Source: Gammaproteobacteria bacterium
GTDB lineage: Bacteria; Pseudomonadota; Gammaproteobacteria; Steroidobacterales; Foliamicaceae
Length of the DNA: 64,000 nucleotides
Reading direction: 5' to 3'
Assembly: GCA_009838035.1 (NCBI GenBank)
Contig: VXSK01000022.1
Span: 2,343-66,342, forward strand
The position numbers and the translations under genes are program-made. This document shows positions 60,474 to 64,000 of this stretch, piece by piece. The notes beneath the pieces are model-generated. The model saw only the letters and a list, made by a program, of their open reading frames with translations. It was not told the DNA's origin and made no database searches. How positions within the stretch are numbered: the stretch's first letter is position 1; every line of letters starts with the position of its first letter.

Positions 60474-61400
60474 ATGTACGACATCGACCACATCGACACC
60501 TTCCAGGCGCAATCCCCCACCGCGGTGATCTGCGAGAACGCGGCACTGTACGGCGCCACCCCCGAGCGCGGCGAGTTCGATCCTCGCGAGATCTGGGACC
60601 GCGACGGTGCCGTCGCGGCCGTCGGCGAAGCGTTCCGCCTCCTCGCCGAGCACGTGACGCCCGACGGGTTCCAACTCGCCGACGAACGCGAGCACCTGCT
60701 CTGGGGGTTCGCGAATACTCTCGACGCACAGGTCCGCCGGATCGACCGGCGCATCGACAGGCTGATGCCCAAGATGCGCGACCTGCAATCCTCACAGGAC
60801 GGCTCCGAAGTCAAGGCGAGAGAACTCGAACTCACGACCGACCGCGCCCGCCACCTCGGCGACCGCCGCGACGCCTTCGAGCAACTGCGCGACACCGCCG
60901 CCGACGCCTACCGCGCCGCCACCGGCGACACCTGGCGGCCGCGGCGCGGCAGCCACGTCTCCCAGACCCGCAAGCTGACTTCCGCAGCCATCGACGCCCG
61001 CGACTTCCAGCGCGCAAGAAAGGACCGCGAGATACAAGCGCACCTGCCCGACGGCACCCTGGTCGCCGTCGCCGGCGGCAAGACCGTCAACCATCCCGAT
61101 GCGGTATCGCGCAGCCTGGACAAGGCCCGCGCCAAGTACCCCGACCTGGTCCTGGTGCACGGCGGCGGCCCCGGCGTCGACAAGATCGCTGCCCAGTGGG
61201 CCGAGCGCCACGGCGTGCACCAGATCGTGTGCAAGCCCGACTGGCAGCGGTATGGACGGGCCGCACCGTTCCGGCGCAACGACGAGCTGCTGAACCTGCT
61301 GCCCAAGGGCGTCATCGCCTTCCCCGGCAGCGGCATCACCGGCAACCTCGTCGACAAGGCCAAGTCCATGGGCATCCCGGTGATGCGGGCCGCTGCATAG
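60474..61400 (+). CDS. SLOG-superfamily (DUF2493/YspA-like) domain protein with N-terminal helical extension
   Basis: C-terminal TLVAVAGG...LVLVHGGGPGVDKIAAQWA...PDW.RYGRAAPFRRNDELL...IAFPGSGITGNLV.KA..MGIPV. Confidence 0.8.
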   Translation: MYDIDHIDTFQAQSPTAVICENAALYGATPERGEFDPREIWDRDGAVAAVGEAFRLLAEHVTPDGFQLADEREHLLWGFANTLDAQVRRIDRRIDRLMPKMRDLQSSQDGSEVKARELELTTDRARHLGDRRDAFEQLRDTAADAYRAATGDTWRPRRGSHVSQTRKLTSAAIDARDFQRARKDREIQAHLPDGTLVAVAGGKTVNHPDAVSRSLDKARAKYPDLVLVHGGGPGVDKIAAQWAERHGVHQIVCKPDWQRYGRAAPFRRNDELLNLLPKGVIAFPGSGITGNLVDKAKSMGIPVMRAAA

Positions 61401-61795
61401 CCGCCACGACAACGGGCCGTGCCGTTCGCCGGTGCGGCCCGTTCCGCTCTTGTGTCAGCAGCCGGTACGGCGATGCGGGCCGCGTCGCGCCCGCTCGCCG
61501 TCACCGGGTACGCCTCGCTTGGCCTCGCCGGCTGCGCAGGCATCGGCCATCGCCCCGGCGCGTCGCTCGAACACTGCGTGCTTCGCCAGTGTCGGCTTCG
61601 CCGTTCACCGGGCTCCGCACTCCCGTCGATGGCGGTGTCGATCCCGGTGCGCACATCGCGGTCCGCTTCGCCGTGCACCGGCTCGCGCACCGGTGCGGGC
61701 GCTCGTGCCGGGTCAAGTGCGCGCCGAACCGCGTCCGTCGCCGCATAGCTTTCGTCCAAATCCGCTGTAATACGGCGTAGTACGGAAAAACACCC

Positions 61796-62193
61796 GTGTA
61801 TGCTCCAGAGCACACGCCCGATTCTCCGGAGAACCGCCGTATGCTGTCAGCATACATCGCCGTCAGGTCCGCGCTCGAAACGCCTCGGCTGCTTCCTGGA
61901 TTACGGCCCTGCAACTGCCCCCGGCTCACGGCTCAGGCTCGTATAGGGTCTGTCCAATCCCTCCCGCTCAAGCGCCGCTCGGGCTAAACCGTTGGTTATC
62001 AACGGTTTTCCATCCCCATGGGTTGAGCTTCCTCCTCCGGTTCCGTCTCGACGGCGGAGCCGGTTCGCGTTCACACCTCACGCACCTCGGTGCCCGTCGA
62101 GGCAAGCGCGCGCCTGTCGTGTTTCGCCTGCGTTTTCAACGACAGGAGCCGCCTGGCGGTTGCCGGGAAGAGTGGATGCTCTGGAGCATACAC
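61796..62193. repeat. 398-bp non-coding segment bounded by a perfect 17-bp inverted repeat, with internal palindromes
   Basis: GTGTATGCTCCAGAGCA 61796-61812; TGCTCTGGAGCATACAC 62177-62193; internal GTATGCTG-T-CAGCATAC 61839-61855. Confidence 0.7.
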
Positions 62194-62676
62194 AGGGAAC
62201 AAAATTCGAATATATACAACGGCATCAATAACTTGCGTCAGTCAGGACTCCGTTTACCGAAGAGACCGACCATAGGGATTGTCAAACCGGGCAGTCAAAG
62301 TGACTGCGCGCCCGGTTGCGCTGGCCGTTGACAGCACTCAATCTGACTGCGTGGCTGAAGCCGCCGTAGGGCTGGCCCCATCGCGCCGAGCCAGGCCCGT
62401 CGGTGCGCCCGGCGCTACGGTTGTCGGCGAAGCTGTCGTACGGTGAGGTGACCGAATTTGCTCAGGAGGGCGCCAAGAGCCGATGGTGGAAACGTTGACG
62501 GAGACCATCCGGGCCACGCCGGATCAATGAGCCGCGACACGAAAGCCCCGATCAACGCAGCGTGGCTGGTAATATGGTTGTTCTTCAAATGATCGAAACG
62601 CATCCCCGAGCGGACCAAAGCAGGATTGGCCTGAGAACTAAGGGGACCTCACCACCAATTCAGGGAGACGGCACTC

Positions 62677-64000
62677 TTGTCTGAGTCGACTGCGGCGGAC
62701 TTCCATCAATTCTTTACCGAGCTGAGTGGCAGCAAGGACCCGCGCCGCTGGCAGTGCGAGCTATCCGATCCGACGGAATGCGGGAACCGCCTGATTCGCA
62801 TACCCACGGGCGTCGGAAAAACGCTCGGCGTGCTTGCGGCTTGGGCTTGGCATCGCGTCAGACAGCGCAACGAAGATTGGCCGCGCCGCCTGATCTGGTG
62901 CTTGCCGATGCGCGTGCTCGTCGAACAGATAGAGAGCGAAGTCCGATCAGCGCTTCAACGTCTCGAAGTGCTATGGGACGGTGAGAGCCCCCATGACGGC
63001 AGGGTTGGTGTCCACTTGCTAATGGGCGGCGCCGACGCCGGCCAGTGGCATCTCCACCCCGAAGGCGACGCGGTGCTGATTGGCACGCAAGACATGCTGC
63101 TTTCTCGCGCCTTGAACCGTGGCTACGCAAGCCCTAGAGCGCGGTGGCCCATGGAGTTCGGGCTGCTGAACCAGGACGCCCTTTGGGTGATGGACGAAGT
63201 GCAGTTGATGGATGTGGGCCTCGCAACGTCGGGGCAGCTTCAGGCATTTCGGTGCGAGGATCGGTGCGCCAAAAGGTCGTTGCGGCCCTGTTTCACATGG
63301 TGGATGAGCGCGACGTTGCAGCCCGCCTGGTTGGAGAGGAGTCCCGACACGACCGATCTGACCGGAGAGCTTGCCCGTAACACGCACCAAATCCGATCTG
63401 CAGAGCAGGTGGGAGATCTATGGGATGAAATGACCAAACCCTTGGAGGTCGTTCCGTTTGCCAATCCGAAGGCGCTTGCTCGGGATGTCTCACAACGTCA
63501 CCACCGTTGCGGATGCGGAAAGAAGGGGCCGACGCTGGTCGTGCTCAACACGGTGGAGCGCGCGGTTGACGTATGGACGGCGCTTCGACGGGACAAGACG
63601 CTGAAGGACGCGGGTACGGACATTCGCTTGGTGCACAGCCGGTTCCGCCCGGCCGAACGCCGAGATTGGCGCAGAGAGTTCCTTGATCGAGGGGGTTGCG
63701 GCCCGGATACGAACCGCATCATCGTCTCCACGCAGATAATCGAAGCCGGCGTGGATATCTCCGCGTCCCTTCTGATCACTGAGCTTGCGCCGTGGCCAAG
63801 CTTGGTTCAGCGATTCGGCCGCTGCGCGCGATGGGGTGGCATGGGCCAAGTCATCGTTGCGGACTTCAAGCACAAGAGTGACAAGAAAGCCTCTCCCTAC
63901 ACAAAGGATGAGCTCGACGTCTCGCGCGATGCCTGCAATGCGTTGCCGGATGTCGGACCGGTCCATCTGGAAAGGTACGAGAACAAGCACGAAGCACTGC
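62677..64000 (+). CDS. cas3: CRISPR-associated helicase Cas3, helicase-first (type I-G/I-U-like), partial; runs off the window
   Basis: Manual translation of frame 1 is open from TTG 62677 (AGGGAG RBS) to the window end: IPTGVGKT, PRRLIWCLPMRVLVEQ, LMGG, IGTQDMLLSRALNRGY, WVMDEVQLM, MSAT, NTVERA, HSRFRPAER, STQIIEAGVDIS, LVQRFGRCAR. No HD domain ahead of the helicase. Confidence 0.85.
   Translation, partial: MSESTAADFHQFFTELSGSKDPRRWQCELSDPTECGNRLIRIPTGVGKTLGVLAAWAWHRVRQRNEDWPRRLIWCLPMRVLVEQIESEVRSALQRLEVLWDGESPHDGRVGVHLLMGGADAGQWHLHPEGDAVLIGTQDMLLSRALNRGYASPRARWPMEFGLLNQDALWVMDEVQLMDVGLATSGQLQAFRCEDRCAKRSLRPCFTWWMSATLQPAWLERSPDTTDLTGELARNTHQIRSAEQVGDLWDEMTKPLEVVPFANPKALARDVSQRHHRCGCGKKGPTLVVLNTVERAVDVWTALRRDKTLKDAGTDIRLVHSRFRPAERRDWRREFLDRGGCGPDTNRIIVSTQIIEAGVDISASLLITELAPWPSLVQRFGRCARWGGMGQVIVADFKHKSDKKASPYTKDELDVSRDACNALPDVGPVHLERYENKHEAL

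Noticed and set aside
61595-61690. Two imperfect 26-nt direct repeats (GCTTCGCCGT.CACCGG..CTC.CGCAC) 44 nt apart, as a possible mini CRISPR array before cas3
   Set aside because: Only two degenerate copies with an indel, in a very GC-rich hairpin region; not enough to call an array.
62158-62176. TGCCGGGAAGAG resembling the 3' end of tRNA-Thr (TGCCGGAAGAG) as a possible att site
   Set aside because: About 11 bp with an indel, and 20 kb of core genes lie between it and the tRNA; likely chance.
61401-62676. Short ORFs of 60-140 aa in the region between the SLOG gene and cas3
   Set aside because: No RBS, recognisable motif or consistent codon bias; treated as non-coding.
62754-63990. Several short ORFs listed over the last 1.3 kb
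   Set aside because: All are shadows of the unlisted cas3 frame, which has no stop codon within the window.

Overview
GC-rich bacterial chromosome segment. Gene order (dapF-DUF484-xerC-hslVU-DUF971-ubiEJB; radC/coaBC-dut; birA-coaX-tRNA-Thr) points to a Gammaproteobacterium (inference). Positions 1-53710 are mostly core genome: TonB receptor/peptidase, trpDCFB with a displaced trpA, transporters, 5-oxoprolinase, rpmBG, coaBC-dut, pyrE, an anthraniloyl-CoA monooxygenase-like gene, two tRNAs, a split ABC exporter, a radical SAM gene and a steroid-reductase-like gene. Positions ~53720-64000 are an accessory island: SAM-methyltransferase/HNH fusion, orphan PIN (VapC-like) toxin, truncated tyrosine integrase, and a run of co-oriented small genes resembling the leading region of a conjugative element (a protein with five tandem CxxC...CxxC zinc-finger-like units, Ssb, a SLOG/DUF2493 protein). 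That run is followed by a hairpin-rich non-coding stretch and a helicase-first Cas3 (type I-G/I-U-like) that runs off the right edge and is missing from the ORF track. No CRISPR array was seen. Most notable: (1) a ribonucleotide-reductase-barrel homologue that appears to lack the catalytic cysteines, next to an orphan ferredoxin reductase; (2) the multi-zinc-finger protein and leading-region-like cassette next to cas3; (3) the MTase-HNH fusion; (4) a 265-bp MITE-like element with perfect 33-bp terminal inverted repeats abutting the radC start codon. All family assignments come from reading motifs by eye; no database searches were run.
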